A stretch of 64,000 nt of DNA from Octopus sinensis (GCF_006345805.1 NC_042997.1:85436001-85500000); one strand, 5' to 3'; positions 12,392 through 25,020 are shown, counted from the first letter of the stretch. The notes: generated from the letters alone by a model not told the origin. A program made the numbers and translations.

Positions 12392-13088
12392 CAGGGTGCA
12401 GTAAATATATTATCATCTTAATTACACAAAAATAAAAATAATACTGACATTTAACAGATATATTTATCAAACTTATATAAAAATATCTTGAAATACTAAA
12501 GAGTAAATTTATTCAATAAAATCACCATTGGCTTCAACCATAGCCTCTAGACGACTTCAGAAACTCCTGCAACTCTTCTGGATGGTCTCCTTGTTTAAGT
12601 TGGTGAATGCTGCCATAATCCTTACCTTCAGTTCATCCTTGATGTTACAAGGAGTTTTGTTAGTCTCTCACACAGCTGCGCCCCACACATAATAATCAGT
12701 GAGGTTGCAGTCTGGGGAGTTAGGTGGCCAGATGTTAGAGTTGATGTGCTCGCAGAAATTGTCAAACATCTAACACTAGGTTCTCTTGCTTGTGTGTGCA
12801 TGGTGCCAAACATAGGATCTTCCAGCAGCCACCCTCTTCACCCAGAGCAGTACTACATCCTCCAGGCACTTGATTTAGGCCTCCATGTTGAGTCAGAGGC
12901 CGTGTGAGAAGATGACATTGCCACCACTAATGATTACTCCAAACACCATGATGTTGACTGGATGCTTGATTTTTATCACTCTCGGTACATGTCTTCAGAT
13001 TGCACTGTCAGGTGACAAAATCAAAAGCAAACAATGCACATGCATGAAATAAAAAACATAAAACGGCACCCATTTAACCATCACACCC

Positions 13089-13090
<2 letters not shown>
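12392..13090 (-). pseudogene. Internally deleted Tc1/mariner element (maT/DD37D-like transposase C-terminus)
   Basis: Minus frames give HPVNIMVFGVI..., IKCLEDVVLLWVKRVAAGRSYVW and IWPPNSPDCNLTDYYVWG...RLEAMVEANGDFIE*. Ends ta|cagggtg ... caccctg; TIR match only about 7 bp. Confidence 0.78.
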
Positions 13091-13156
<66 letters not shown>

Positions 13157-13192
13157 TATAATATATATATATAATATAACATAATATATATG

Positions 13193-13237
<45 letters not shown>

Positions 13238-13247
13238 GTGTGTGTGT

Positions 13248-13295
<48 letters not shown>

Positions 13296-13669
13296 TACTG
13301 TTGATTTGGGTGAACAGCTTTTAAATTAATTTTATTTAAATTAATTAATTAGGAATCATGATTATGTATTAATACATTTAATGATGTTTACCATAATGAA
13401 ACAGCTGTTGAACGCAACTAAATAAGAACTATGTATGAAATTTATGCTCTTCTGCTTTCATTCTAAATATGCTGCTTTTAAAGACCATTTTAACCAATTA
13501 TACATACAGGTTGATCCCATTGGATTCATAACAATGAAAAATCATTTTGGAATTTAATGACCTTAATCAATGTAGATTTATTTTTTATGTTGACGAAACA
13601 TTTCTCTCTTTCAATATATCTATGACAAAAGAGTGTGTGTATATGTGTGTGTGTGTGTATACACATACT

Positions 13670-13703
<34 letters not shown>

Positions 13704-13838
13704 CCAGTGGGTGGCAAGTTCAAAAGAAGCCATGTCCAGCCACTAAGAGTAAAGAACTAAAAGGTAGATCTGAGAGGGAATAAACATTTAATCCATAATC
13801 CTTAATCTCACAAAATATATTTTGTTTCACCCACACAC

Positions 13839-13874
<36 letters not shown>

Positions 13875-13876
<2 letters not shown>

Positions 13877-14127
13877 ATCATCATCGTTTAACGTCCATTT
13901 TCCGTGCTAGCACAGGTTGGACGGTTCGACCGGGGTCTGGGAAGCCAGGGGTTGCACCAGGCTCCAGTCTTATCTGGCAGTGTTTCTACAGCTGGATGCC
14001 CTTCCTAACGCCAACCACTCCGCAAGTGTAGTGGGTGCTCTTTACGTGCCAGGGAAGTCTGGCATCGGCCACGATTGGTTGGTGCTTTTAACGTGCCACC
14101 GGCCCCGGAAGCCAGCCAAGGCGGCGC
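13875..14127 (-). mobile_element. RTE 3'-tail fragment
   Basis: catcatcgtttaacgtccattttccgtgctagcac...ggatgcccttcctaacgcc; CpG-retaining, probably young. Confidence 0.85.
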
Positions 14128-14710
14128 TATATATATATATTAGGCCTCGAAGCCGGTTTTATATTATGATCAATAAAACTGAAACCGATTTGCCAAAACA
14201 GATTTTAAGGCTTGCTGTTTCAGATCTTTTCAATAAAAGATGTTTTATGTAACACATTCTACCAGTATACGAAGTTTAAAAGAGTTTAGTTACAAATAAC
14301 TATTTTTTAAATGTACCGGTCAAAGTGAAAAGATCCCCTGTTTCTCTTTTTTTTTTTTTCGCAAAACATTTCTCCATTTTTTCTTTTCAAGAAATATCGT
14401 TGAAACCAAACTAACTGAACTGTTGTCGGTTGCCTTTAGTTGAGAGTGCTGTCTGTTTCATTGAAACATATCGCAACATATCAATTCTCACCTTCTTTCC
14501 CCTTGAACCTTAGATCAGTACTTTGTCATCTCCTTCGCTAACCCTTGGTTGACTCTTTGAATTTGCAGGTAACTGAGTTTATTCATAGCAAGTCAACGGG
14601 ATGCTGTTAGTCTTCAGTCGGGTGATCTTTCCCATTCAGCATATGTAATAACCAGTTCCAGATTCATTTCAAAGAAGTAACACTAAATTTTTTTATAAAA
14701 AAAGTGAAGA

Positions 14711-14776
14711 GATCGCTATAACAGACGATAGTGATCGCCATAACAGATGATAGTGATCGCCATAACAGACGATAGT
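14711..14776. repeat. 22-bp tandem repeat x3
   Basis: gatcgcyataacagaygatagt at 14711, 14733 and 14755. Confidence 0.9.
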
Positions 14777-15422
14777 GATGATGAAGCTGACATAAGCCAA
14801 CAAGACATACTTTGTCAAACAGATTTGGCTCACGAAAATGCTTGTTTTCCTCAGCTAAAACCTGAATTTAACGAAGTTTTAAATAAGGTAAGAAAAATTT
14901 CAAAACTTTTCCGTAAATCTCCTACAAAAAATGAAATTTTGGAAGATTTTGTACGAGCGAACTTCGATAACCGAGAATATAAACTTATACTGGATTGCAG
15001 AACTCGGTGGAATAGCACATTCCATATGATTGAGAGATTTTTGAAATTGAAAAGCTGCATTCCAAATGCTCTACGAGCAGAACTTTCCACAGTTGCTGTC
15101 GCTGATGTAGAATGGAAATCTCTCAATTTACTATATGAAATTCTGCATTCAGTAAAAATTATTTTGAGGGCTATTTGCGCTGATGATACGGGTTTACTGA
15201 AAACGGAATCTTCTATAGAATGGCTCTAAATCTTCGTGAAAGACTTATGCATAGATATAATATGAGAAGAAATGTCAAAACTTTGACTCTCTGTTGTCCC
15301 ATCTACTTATGAAGGTAATGGACTCATTCATGAATACACAGCACAATGAAGAAAATGAATGAAGAGCCCAAGATGGTAACAGATGGATTTGAAATCTCTA
15401 AAGAATTCGGGTACTATTTAAG

Positions 15423-15601
15423 AAGAGTGATCCCGGTGTGCGCACTTGCGTACTCGCGCATCCACGCTAGCTAGTCATCACTAGTCGAGCCTACAACGAC
15501 TACCTAGCAAATTAAATAAAACACAAAAACACAAAGTAAGGATCGACTAGTCGCGACTAGGTAGCACGGATGTGTGAGTGCGTGCACCGGGACAATCTCT
15601 T
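15423..15601. mobile_element. Hairpin (MITE-like) element nested in the hAT
   Basis: About 65-bp imperfect inverted arms (aagagtgatcccggtg...actagtcga / tcgactagt...caccgggacaatctctt) around an A-rich loop. Confidence 0.7.
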
Positions 15602-15752
15602 ATCAAGTAGTACCCGCGAAAACTGGTTTTTAACCGGTTTTGAGAATTATTTATACTTGAACTTGGTTTTGGGAATTATCGTTTTTTGCGAGCCCTAATA
15701 TATATATATATATGTATATATATATATGTATGTATGTATGTATGTATATATA

Positions 15753-15832
<80 letters not shown>

Positions 15833-15906
15833 CATACATACATACATACATACATACATACATACATACATACATACACATACATACACACACACATATA
15901 TGTTCA

Positions 15907-16300
15907 AGCACAGGCATGGCTGTGTGGTTAGGAAGCTTGCTTCTCAGCCACATTGTTCTGGGTTCAGTCCCACTGCTTGGCATTTTGGGCAAGTGTCTTC
16001 TACTACAGCCTCAGGCTGACCAAAGATGGAAACTTAAAAAAGCCCATTGTATATGTATGTATATATATTTGTGTGTCTTTATGTCTGTGTTTGTCCTTCC
16101 ACCATCACTCGATAATCAATATTGGTGTGTTTATATCCACCGTAACATAGTGGTTTTGCAAAAGAGACTGATAGAATAAGTACTAGGCTTACAAAGAACA
16201 AGTCATGGGGTCAATTTATTCATCTAAAACCCTTTAAGGCAGTGCTCCACCATGACCACAGTCAAAATTACTAAAACATCGAAAAGAATAAACGAATAAA
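15907..16300 (+). mobile_element. SINE family A, full length
   Basis: caggcatggctgtgtggttaggaagcttgc...ggttcagtcccactg...gatagaataagtactaggcttacaaag... Confidence 0.85.
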
Positions 16301-16643
16301 AGAATGTATACACACACACAAACACACACATATTAAGGACCTACAAACATCAAATAATTCATTTTTTTCTTGACAGAATGGTAAAATTTCCATTTCTCAC
16401 AAGAAACAACTGACCTGTAAATGATTTTTGCCTTTGAAAGGTTGGTCGTTTCATTTTATAGGATTTATTCTTTGCAAGCTTTCAGTTGAGTCAACAAAAA
16501 CCATCTCTGATGAAACAAGAATATACAACACCATCACCGTTAGCAGCAGCAGCAACAACAACAGCGCTGACATGACCACCATATTTCTTGGGAGCTGTCT
16601 AAAATGTCTAATGTGTTATTGGTTTTAAAGTACATGAAGCTAA

Positions 16644-16830
16644 ATTACAGAAGGCCTCTTCCACTCCTAAAACATCTTCCTTAGTAAAACTCATGAACAG
16701 AAAAAATCCTATATTGGCAGTCTCTGAAAGCTTATACACATTTACATCAATCATTTAACCTAACTATTTTTCTGTCTATCTATCTGTGTGTTTATCTACA
16801 CAAACACACACACATGCATGCATGCATATA
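16644..16830. repeat. Copy 1 of a ~190-bp near-identical direct duplication (copy 2 at about 18744-18925)
   Basis: ttacagaaggcctcttccactcctaaaacatc...ctacacaaacacacacacatgcatgca; only 2 substitutions seen before the microsatellite. Confidence 0.9.
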
Positions 16831-16852
16831 TATATTGAGAGATAGATAGATA

Positions 16853-16900
<48 letters not shown>

Positions 16901-17324
16901 TACACACACATGCATGCATGCATATATGTATATAGAGAGATAGATATGTATATATATATATATGTATATATATACACACACATATATATATATACATACA
17001 CACACTCACACACACATACACACACGCATACTTTTTTTTAATACTTTTATATTTATATTTTTCATTGACAAACGTTGCAATAGTGGCTCAAGTTCTGGGA
17101 GCTTCTTACAGCAAACTTATCAAACTTGGTTCCTGCTTACTGAAAATTTAAAAAAAAGTATATGTGCACATGTATTGAGTTCTACTTTTTCTGTTTGTTT
17201 AACCAAACTCTCACACACATACAAATGTACACTTACACAAACACATAAAATCCTGCCTCTCTGTTTATATGTCTGTTTGTTTGTCTGTCTAGGCAAGCAG
17301 CTATCAATTTATCTTATCTATCTG

Positions 17325-17389
<65 letters not shown>

Positions 17390-18002
17390 TTATCTATCTA
17401 TCTATCCATTTTTCTATCTAAGAATCTATCTATTTATCTATCAATATATACATCTATTCTCTCTCTCTCTCTTTCTCTCTCCCTCTCTCTCTATATATAT
17501 CTATCTATCTATCTATCTATTTTCTGCTTCAGCAAATTCTTTAATTGACAGTGAATTTTATAGTCTACAGAAGAAAACTGCTCCAGTCAGCATATAACTT
17601 TCACTATCTGCCAATATATTTGTCCACCGTGGCAAGGCATCACTGAGCAAATTCCATCCTAATATAATAAAATTCAGAATATCCTGAAAAATTCCATTCA
17701 GAATCACATCCATTTCAATGCATTTTCATTTTCTGAATTGCATAACCAGAGTGTATTTTTAGGGTTAGTTCAGTTTGTCACCCCCAACACCACCACTCCT
17801 ATCACCTCTCCATTTACTATCATAGAGAAGAGGAAGATAAATTTATTGCATACAGCTATGCATTTCCTCACATTATCACCACATCAACACCGACACAACC
17901 AAATTTGTGCTTACTAATATAATACTACTACAGCTACTACTGCTATTGCTGCTGCCACTACTACTACTACTAATACTACTACTAATGCTGCTGCTGCTAC
18001 AT

Positions 18003-18065
<63 letters not shown>

Positions 18066-18074
18066 GCAACAATA

Positions 18075-18285
18075 ATACTTTCTACTATATGCACAAGGCC
18101 TGAAACTTTAGGGGAGGAAACTAATCGCTCATATCAACCCTAGTGTTTCACTGATACTTAATTCCTTGATCCCAAAAGGATGAAAGGCAAAGCCAACATC
18201 AGCAGAATCTCAACTGAAACAGATGAAAAGTTCCTAAGCATTTTGTCTGGCATGCTAACAATCCTGCCAACTCACTGCATCAATA
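18075..18285 (-). mobile_element. SINE family B
   Basis: ttctactatatgcacaaggcctgaaac...aaaggatgaaaggcaaagcc...catgctaacaatcctgcc. Confidence 0.75.
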
Positions 18286-18481
18286 ATAATAATGATGATG
18301 ATGATGATGATAATAAACCTTGATGGGTACAGCCAGCACTCTCCATCTAAAATGGAATAAATGTGGTGATAATTTTAGCATGCATAGCAAAACAAAAGTG
18401 CCCTTGTTACTCTTGGCCTCAGGAGGATGCCTGGTACTAAGGCAGCTGGAATAAAGTTATAATGAAAGTAAACCATAAATG

Positions 18482-18551
<70 letters not shown>

Positions 18552-18951
18552 TAATAATGATAATAATAATAATATAGTTTATACAGGACTGAGGTAACTC
18601 CTCTAGAAGTTATAGAGAAATAAATAGAAGAGTGCCATAGTTCACAAGTGAAATTGGTTGAACGATATTTCGGCATCTAGGGTGCCAGGGTAACTGCATA
18701 AACCAGCCTCCCCCATTATAATGTGTATATATATATATATATATTACAGAAGACCTCTTCCACTCCTAAAACATCTTCCTTAGTAAAACTCATGAACAGA
18801 AAAAATCCTATATTGGCAGTCTCTGAAAGCTTATACACATTTACATCAATCATTTAACCTAATTATTTTTCTGTCTATCTATCTGTGTGTTTATCTACAC
18901 AAACACACACACATGCATGCATATATGTATATATAGATATATATATATATA

Positions 18952-19299
18952 CTGAGAAATAGGAGGCAGTCAGAATTTTGGATAATTTTTTATAAATGCT
19001 TTCATTCATTTAACCAAACTCTTCAAGACAAAAATTAAAACCAAAATAACAAAAACAGAGCAAGAAAGATTGTTCTGCTCCCTATCTTTCGCTCTTCCTC
19101 TCTTTCCCCACCCCACAAAAAAGTTAATAATTTCTCCTCTTCTAAACAAAACAATAAAATTATCTGATTTACATAAAAGATAAAGAAACATTCTGCTTTT
19201 ATTATTTTGGTTTTAATTTTTGTCTTGAAGAGTTCAGTTAAACAAACGGAAGTGCTAATAAAGAATTATCCAAAATTCTGACTGTCTCCTTTTTCTCAA
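18952..19299. mobile_element. MITE with ~110-bp TIRs and TA flanks (Tc1/mariner-like)
   Basis: Left ctgagaaataggaggcagtcagaattttggataatt...ctcttcaagacaaaaattaaaaccaaaataac is inverted at 19190-19299. Confidence 0.8.
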
Positions 19300-19771
19300 T
19301 ATATAATGTCTGTACACCGCTTCAAATATTACGCACACACACACACATATATATATATATAATATACACATACATACATACATACATACATACATACATA
19401 CATACATACATACATACATACATACATACATACGTACGTGTATAACATTACTTAGAGACAAACTGTTATTAAATAGATATATAACTCCATCCACATGTGT
19501 GTGTTGCTACTTTCTTTTATTCATTCACTGATGTTTGGGTCTATACAGTTATATATCTATCTTTAGCTATCTGTATACCTATCTATCTATATATATACAC
19601 TTATACACACACATACATACACAAATATATAAACATATATATATACATACCTAAATAATATATATATATATATATATACACACATACACATATATATATA
19701 AATATATATATATGTATTTATATATATATACATATATAATATGTATATATATGTGTTTATATAGGTATATG

Positions 19772-19811
<40 letters not shown>

Positions 19812-19813
19812 TA

Positions 19814-19846
<33 letters not shown>

Positions 19847-19949
19847 ATATGTAAACACTCACACACATTATTGACAGTAATTCTAATGTAAATAATATTT
19901 GACATTATAATGGTAGTTATTCTATAGTTTAATCAGTAACACAACTCAC

Positions 19950-20005
19950 CTTGTAATAAATATGTAGTTTGATTCTTGTCAATGTGCATATTGTTCTTTG
20001 TATGC
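19950..20005 (-). other. Candidate internal exon (56 nt) of an unidentified minus-strand transcript
   Basis: Acceptor caatttcag|G, donor CAAG|gtgagt, unique non-repeat context. Two frames open (GIQRTICTLTRIKLHIYYK or HTKNNMHIDKNQTTYLLQ). No homology recognised. Confidence 0.4.
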
Positions 20006-20232
20006 CTGAAATTGATGTTTATTAAGTCTTATATTATTTATATTAAATTTTTAGCTATAAAACGTTTGGTTTACTTATATTACTACCACCTCCATCACGC
20101 TGCCATTGTTGTCATCATTGTTGCTCTTACTGGCAGATGTGATAATGCTGCCTTGGCAGCATTAACACATTAACACTTGAGCCTCATACACAACCCCACT
20201 CAGCTTCACATTGATCCCCCACTAGACAGTCA

Positions 20233-20550
20233 TTGTATATGCTACATGAGCATCTTGCCCCTACTCACAGCTTAGGGAAGCTCTCTAAAATTTGTTTAAT
20301 GCTGAGATGGCAACAAAAAGAGACTCTTAAGTTGTGCCTTTTTCGACGTCACAGCCCCCTATTAAAAAGAGGCACTGGCTCCAGTGGGTTTGAGGACTGC
20401 ATCTTCTATATGTCAAGCCCTGACACCTGCAAAAGGAAGTGCAAGTGTAAAATCATTTGGTTTGCCCTACTTTTTACTCTCAATGTTAAGACTTGTAAGG
20501 GAAGAATTTTCTTTAGCTTGATGGACAAACACTTCCCCCAATCACAAGAT
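20233..20550 (+). pseudogene. Penelope-like element RT-thumb fragment
   Basis: RKCKCKIIWFALLFTLNVKTCKGRIFFSLMDKHFP resembles the PLE motif R.R.IIWFNPPYS.NV.TN.GK.FL.L.DKHFP. Confidence 0.6.
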
Positions 20551-20589
20551 ATGGACGTTTATTTAATCGGTACAACTTAAGAGTCTCTT

Positions 20590-21120
20590 GCTGCAAACAT
20601 AGCAGACCTGATATTGTTCTGTAAGACAGGGAAAAAAAGCCATGCACTGTTGTAGAGGTCAGCTGCCCAGCAGATGTGAATATACAGTCAAAAGTCCAAG
20701 AAAAACAGAATATTTATGGCAAATTAATGCAAAACTTTCAGCCCTTGTACCCTGACAATAAATTCTCATTTGCACCTATCATCATATGTGCATTAGGTTA
20801 TATACCAACAAATTTGCACAAAAATCTAGAAATACTCAGTTTCACAGACAAAGAGCAAAAGAAGCTGATGTGGATTCTTCAAATCCAAGCTATTAGTGGC
20901 ATGGTGAAGATTTGTAAGACGTTCCAAAAATTCACCATGTGAGATTCACCATGTGGACAGATGCACAGATTTGGGTGTAAGCATCGACAGTACAACCAAC
21001 TCTACCACATATTTACAAACCCCAAGAATGCCCTTAACTTAAAAAGTCTTGTCACTTTGTTTGCAACTGGCTTGAACTCCCTCAAGAAGAACTTAAATTA
21101 AACTCAAAGAAAAATCATTC
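20590..21120 (+). pseudogene. RLE-type (R4/NeSL-like) LINE 3' end
   Basis: RPDILFCKTGKK..CTVVEVSCPADVNIQSKVQEKQNIYG...PIIICALGYIP (PD-(D/E)xK nuclease), then 3' UTR ending in (CATA)n. Confidence 0.75.
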
Positions 21121-21188
21121 ATACATACATACATACATACAAATGCTCATTATATCTGGGACAATAAAAATCTGCAAGGGCATCTTAA

Positions 21189-21405
21189 CCCTTTCACCAT
21201 ATTTATTTTGAGATACTCTGTGTTTCTTTGAATTACTTTAAATATAACAAAGAATATAGTAAAATAGCTTAGTTATCATTCAACAAGTGTTAGGAACATA
21301 AATTGTGACTAAGGTTTGGTGGCAGATTTTAATTCAAAACTTATAAAAACAAGAGATTTGTTCTCAGAGCCAGAGACGGTTTCAGCCAGGTTGGTAAAGA
21401 AAGGG
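21189..21405. mobile_element. piggyBac-type MITE
   Basis: TTAA|ccctttc ... gaaaggg|TTAA (TTAA at 21185-21188 and 21406-21409). Confidence 0.8.
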
Positions 21406-21505
21406 TTAAGATTTAAAGGATGATGAAGAAAACAGGATGCTTTCCTTCACAACCTTGCTACCAAGCAGATGACCAGTCAAACTTTATTCTATTATAAAGA
21501 CAAAG

Positions 21506-21552
<47 letters not shown>

Positions 21553-22060
21553 CAGTTTCCAATGATGTCCAGTACTACATACACTACCACCCAATATGAA
21601 CTTACAAATTATTGATTCTTATCAGTACCTTCCAAATGAACTTATATATGCATCAGTTCTGACAAACTATATTGTTAGTGGTAAGAACGAACAATATAAT
21701 TATAATGCCTAACTGTATTAATCTAATGTTCACTAAGATTTTACTATGAAATAGAAATATTTCTCCACTTTCCTTTCATCTCTTTTATCTAATCTTATAT
21801 TCCCTTGTTTTTTCTTTTCTTTTTTTTAAATTTATTTCTCACTTTATTCTGTTTTGTTATTTATTTTTAGGTTTTATATTTTCATTCTTTTTATATGAAA
21901 GTGCTTTGTTTTAAGGTTATGTTGTTTTGTCTTTTTTCAATGTTTCTGTTACTTTTATTTCCCAGAATAAGTTCATATTATTAGTGTGTGTGTATGTGTA
22001 TATATATTGCAAGATATTATTTATATATATGTATATATGTATACTGCAAGATATTTTATG

Positions 22061-22091
<31 letters not shown>

Positions 22092-22254
22092 TATATGTGT
22101 GTGAGTGTGTAAATATAACAAAGTTAATTAACTGCTCAGATGGCATAAAAGATCATGCAATTGACTCAATATCTGCTTTCTTGTATGAAATAAATATCTC
22201 ACCATTTTACTTACATACACACACACACCACACACACAACACACACACACACAG

Positions 22255-22565
22255 ACATGTTTGCACATACATACCCACACATACCTCCTTCTCTTGCACT
22301 CTCCTGTCTTTGGAAGAACTTTTTCTTCGCCCATTCCCTTCCGGTCATTTCAATATGTGACTACATGTGTATCATTGGCGATTTTTTTTCTCCTTCTTCC
22401 CTTCCTTGGACCTTTCCTTTTTCTATGTTTCTGACGAAGAGCTCTGCTCGAAACATTAAATTATCCTTCTTTCTTTCCTTTCCTGAGCTTCCAATAACAC
22501 TATACTTGTCCCATATCCTCGTGTTGTTTTGTTTTCTCTTTGTTCATGTTTGGATTAACTATATA
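22255..22565 (+). mobile_element. PLE-LTR-like repeat with hammerhead-like core
   Basis: About 230 bp shared with the reverse copy at 41095-41315; CTGACGA-a-gagc-tct-gctc-GAAA at 22431-22453. Confidence 0.65.
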
Positions 22566-22585
22566 TTAGTGTATGTATGTGTTTA

Positions 22586-22627
<42 letters not shown>

Positions 22628-22664
22628 TGTGAGTGTGTACATGCATTTATGTATATACATATAT

Positions 22665-23000
22665 AAGCATTTGTGTCATAAGAAGTTTGATTTCCAACTA
22701 CATGGTTCTGGGTTCAGTCCTGCTGCAAGGCACCTTGGGCAAACATCTTCCACTATAGCCTTAGGCCAACCAAAGACTTGTAAGTAGATTTAGTAGGCAG
22801 AAACTGAAAGAAGCCTCTCATATATATATATATATTTGTGAGTGCATGTGTGTCTTTGTGCCTGTGTTTATCCCCCACCACCACTTGACAGACAATGTTA
22901 GTATCTTTATGTTTCGGTAACGTAGCAGTTTGGCAAAAGAGACCAATAGAGTTCCAGGCTTTAAAAAGTAAGTACTGGGATCAATTTTTTCAACTAAAAC
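22665..23000 (+). mobile_element. SINE family A, 3' end replaced by (TCT)n expansion
   Basis: Matches family A up to caactaaaac|tcttc, where other copies read ctaaaaattcttcaa..ggtgc. Confidence 0.8.
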
Positions 23001-23221
23001 TCTTCTTCTTCTTCTTCTTCTTCTTCTTCTTCTTCTTCTTCTTCTTCTTCTCTTCCTTCTTCTTCTTCTTCTTCTTCTTCTTCTTCTTCTTCTTCTTCTC
23101 TTCTTCTTCTTCTTCTTCTTCTTCTTCTTCTTCTTCTTCTTCTTCCTTCTTCTTCTTCTTCTTCTTTTCTTCTTCTTCTTCTTCTTCTTCTTCTTCTTCT
23201 TCTTTCTTCTCTTCTTCTTCT
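23001..23221. repeat. (CTT)n polypyrimidine microsatellite, about 220 bp
   Basis: Directly visible. Confidence 0.97.
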
Positions 23222-23479
23222 GCTTCTGCCAAGAATTCACACCCACAAGAGTAACAAGAGAGACAGAGACAGGCAGAAGCAAGGAAAATGCCCCTAGTAT
23301 TTGAATACTATACAAATATTCTTTTAAAAAACTTTCATTTAATTTTTCCAAATTTAATTGTTTTCCATATTCACAGCTGAAAATCTCTCAATGACTGAAA
23401 CCGGTACTGAAATGTTTTTTATAAAATTATCTAGCATTTTTCTACCTTGACTTTTTTCCTATGTATCAACTCGTGTGTT

Positions 23480-25020
23480 CCTTTTCAACCTTCTACAATA
23501 TAAAATATATACTATATATATATATATATTATAATTAATTAATAGGGTGAGAGAATTAGATACTAATTAATATTATATCTTCAACACCAAGTGGCCTAGT
23601 GCCCCGAGAAACCTGGATTATTATAATATTTTATAACATATTAAATATTTTTTACAAAATAAATATAAGAGAGTGAGCATATAGTGACCACTCTCTTAAT
23701 TTATTTTATATATATATATATATCTATATTAATATATATATATATATATATATACCTCCCTTCCATTGTAGTTAAAGAATGCAACCAATAGTGGTATATC
23801 CTGTTTGCTAAAGATCTCATTCTAAAAAATTTTCTAAATTACCCTAATTAATATTTTATAACCTTATACAACTAGATAATATTGTTTAAAAGTTTTTGAA
23901 GAAATTACTTGATTTCTCTTTCTCTCAAATAGCCCTACCCTCCTGATCTTAGTATGTATAAGGGAGCTTTATATAAATAGCATTTTTGGTAAGTATCAAC
24001 TAGAAAATATAAATTATCATGCAAGGCTTAATAATAGCAATTTCTTAAACCTATAATAAAACCCATAATTTTATAAAAAGATTTGTTGATAAAAAAATTT
24101 TTGTCCAATAACTTAATTATTTCTTTACCTGACATTAAACATTAGTCATTTATAGATATTCTCATGACAAGTAAATATAATTTTTAGTCTAACATTTGGA
24201 ATTATAAATTTTTTTCTAACAAATTACCTTACCTATTGATGTAAATAAGCTAAATATACCTTACAATAGTTGTTTTGGAATATAAATCTTTTTACCCCTT
24301 GTCTAAAATATTCAACAAAGAATTATATTTTTATTTTATTTTATTTTTTATTTCTTTACTTTAAAACCAATCTCTTATCTGTTTATTTACTATATTACTT
24401 TATTTAATATATCTCTATAAATTTCATACTCAGCTTATATAAAACTATACTGGTATATTCACTGTTTATAATATAAGAAATATGCTCAGACTAAAATTGT
24501 TAATATTTAATATATAAATTTTAGCATATTCCTTTAACTTAACTTTCCTTTATTAATACCAATAATTACCATTTAATAAATAACTTTAAATATATGTTAA
24601 GATAATATAGAAATATATAAATATGGAATTATTTCTATATTTTCTGTCCCCCTATTGTATAAAATTTTTTGATAATACTGAAAGTATTCAGAAATATTCT
24701 TCTTAGTACTCTAAAATGTATCTGTGTATATACAAATAACATTGTTTTATAGTAGGTAAATGTTTGATTCTATATGATTTCACTCTCCCTGTCCCATAAG
24801 CATTAGCCTTCAAATTTAGCTGCTATAATCTTGTCTGAAGTATATTATTACTGAACCAAATGGTTTTACTTCAAAGAAATCTTGATTTATGACATTGCCA
24901 CTTAAATTGTCTATCTATTTTGCCCTATCCATAAAGGATATAGTCTAGTTTCTCTTAAATTTGATAAACTAGTCTATAAATTAAAACAACCCCTCCACCA
25001 CAAGTAAATCTAAATAACAG
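23480..25020 (-). mobile_element. Very old AT-rich Penelope-like remnant
   Basis: Only faint RT-like residues (F.NN..LQ...AAKF..., LMGQGE) recovered; no intact frame. Confidence 0.3.

Larger units (their letters stand above)
14141..15697 (+). mobile_element. Internally deleted hAT (Ac-like) transposon with transposase fragment at about 14860-15229
   Basis: Termini taggcctcg / cgagcccta, subterminal aaccgg-type motifs, inserted in a (TA)n run (8-bp TSD consistent but uninformative). Peptide KVRKISKLFRKSPTKNEIL...KLILDCRTRWNSTFHMIERFLKLK is the hAT D-x-x-TRWNST motif. Confidence 0.85.

Noticed and set aside
14711-14776. CRISPR-like array (also 29319-29440, 54470-54690)
   Set aside because: Eukaryotic context, head-to-tail repeats without unique spacers, no cas genes.
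21614-21666. Minus-strand exon with strong gtaagt donor
   Set aside because: All three frames are closed; the alternative donor is weak, so it was not added to the candidate chain.
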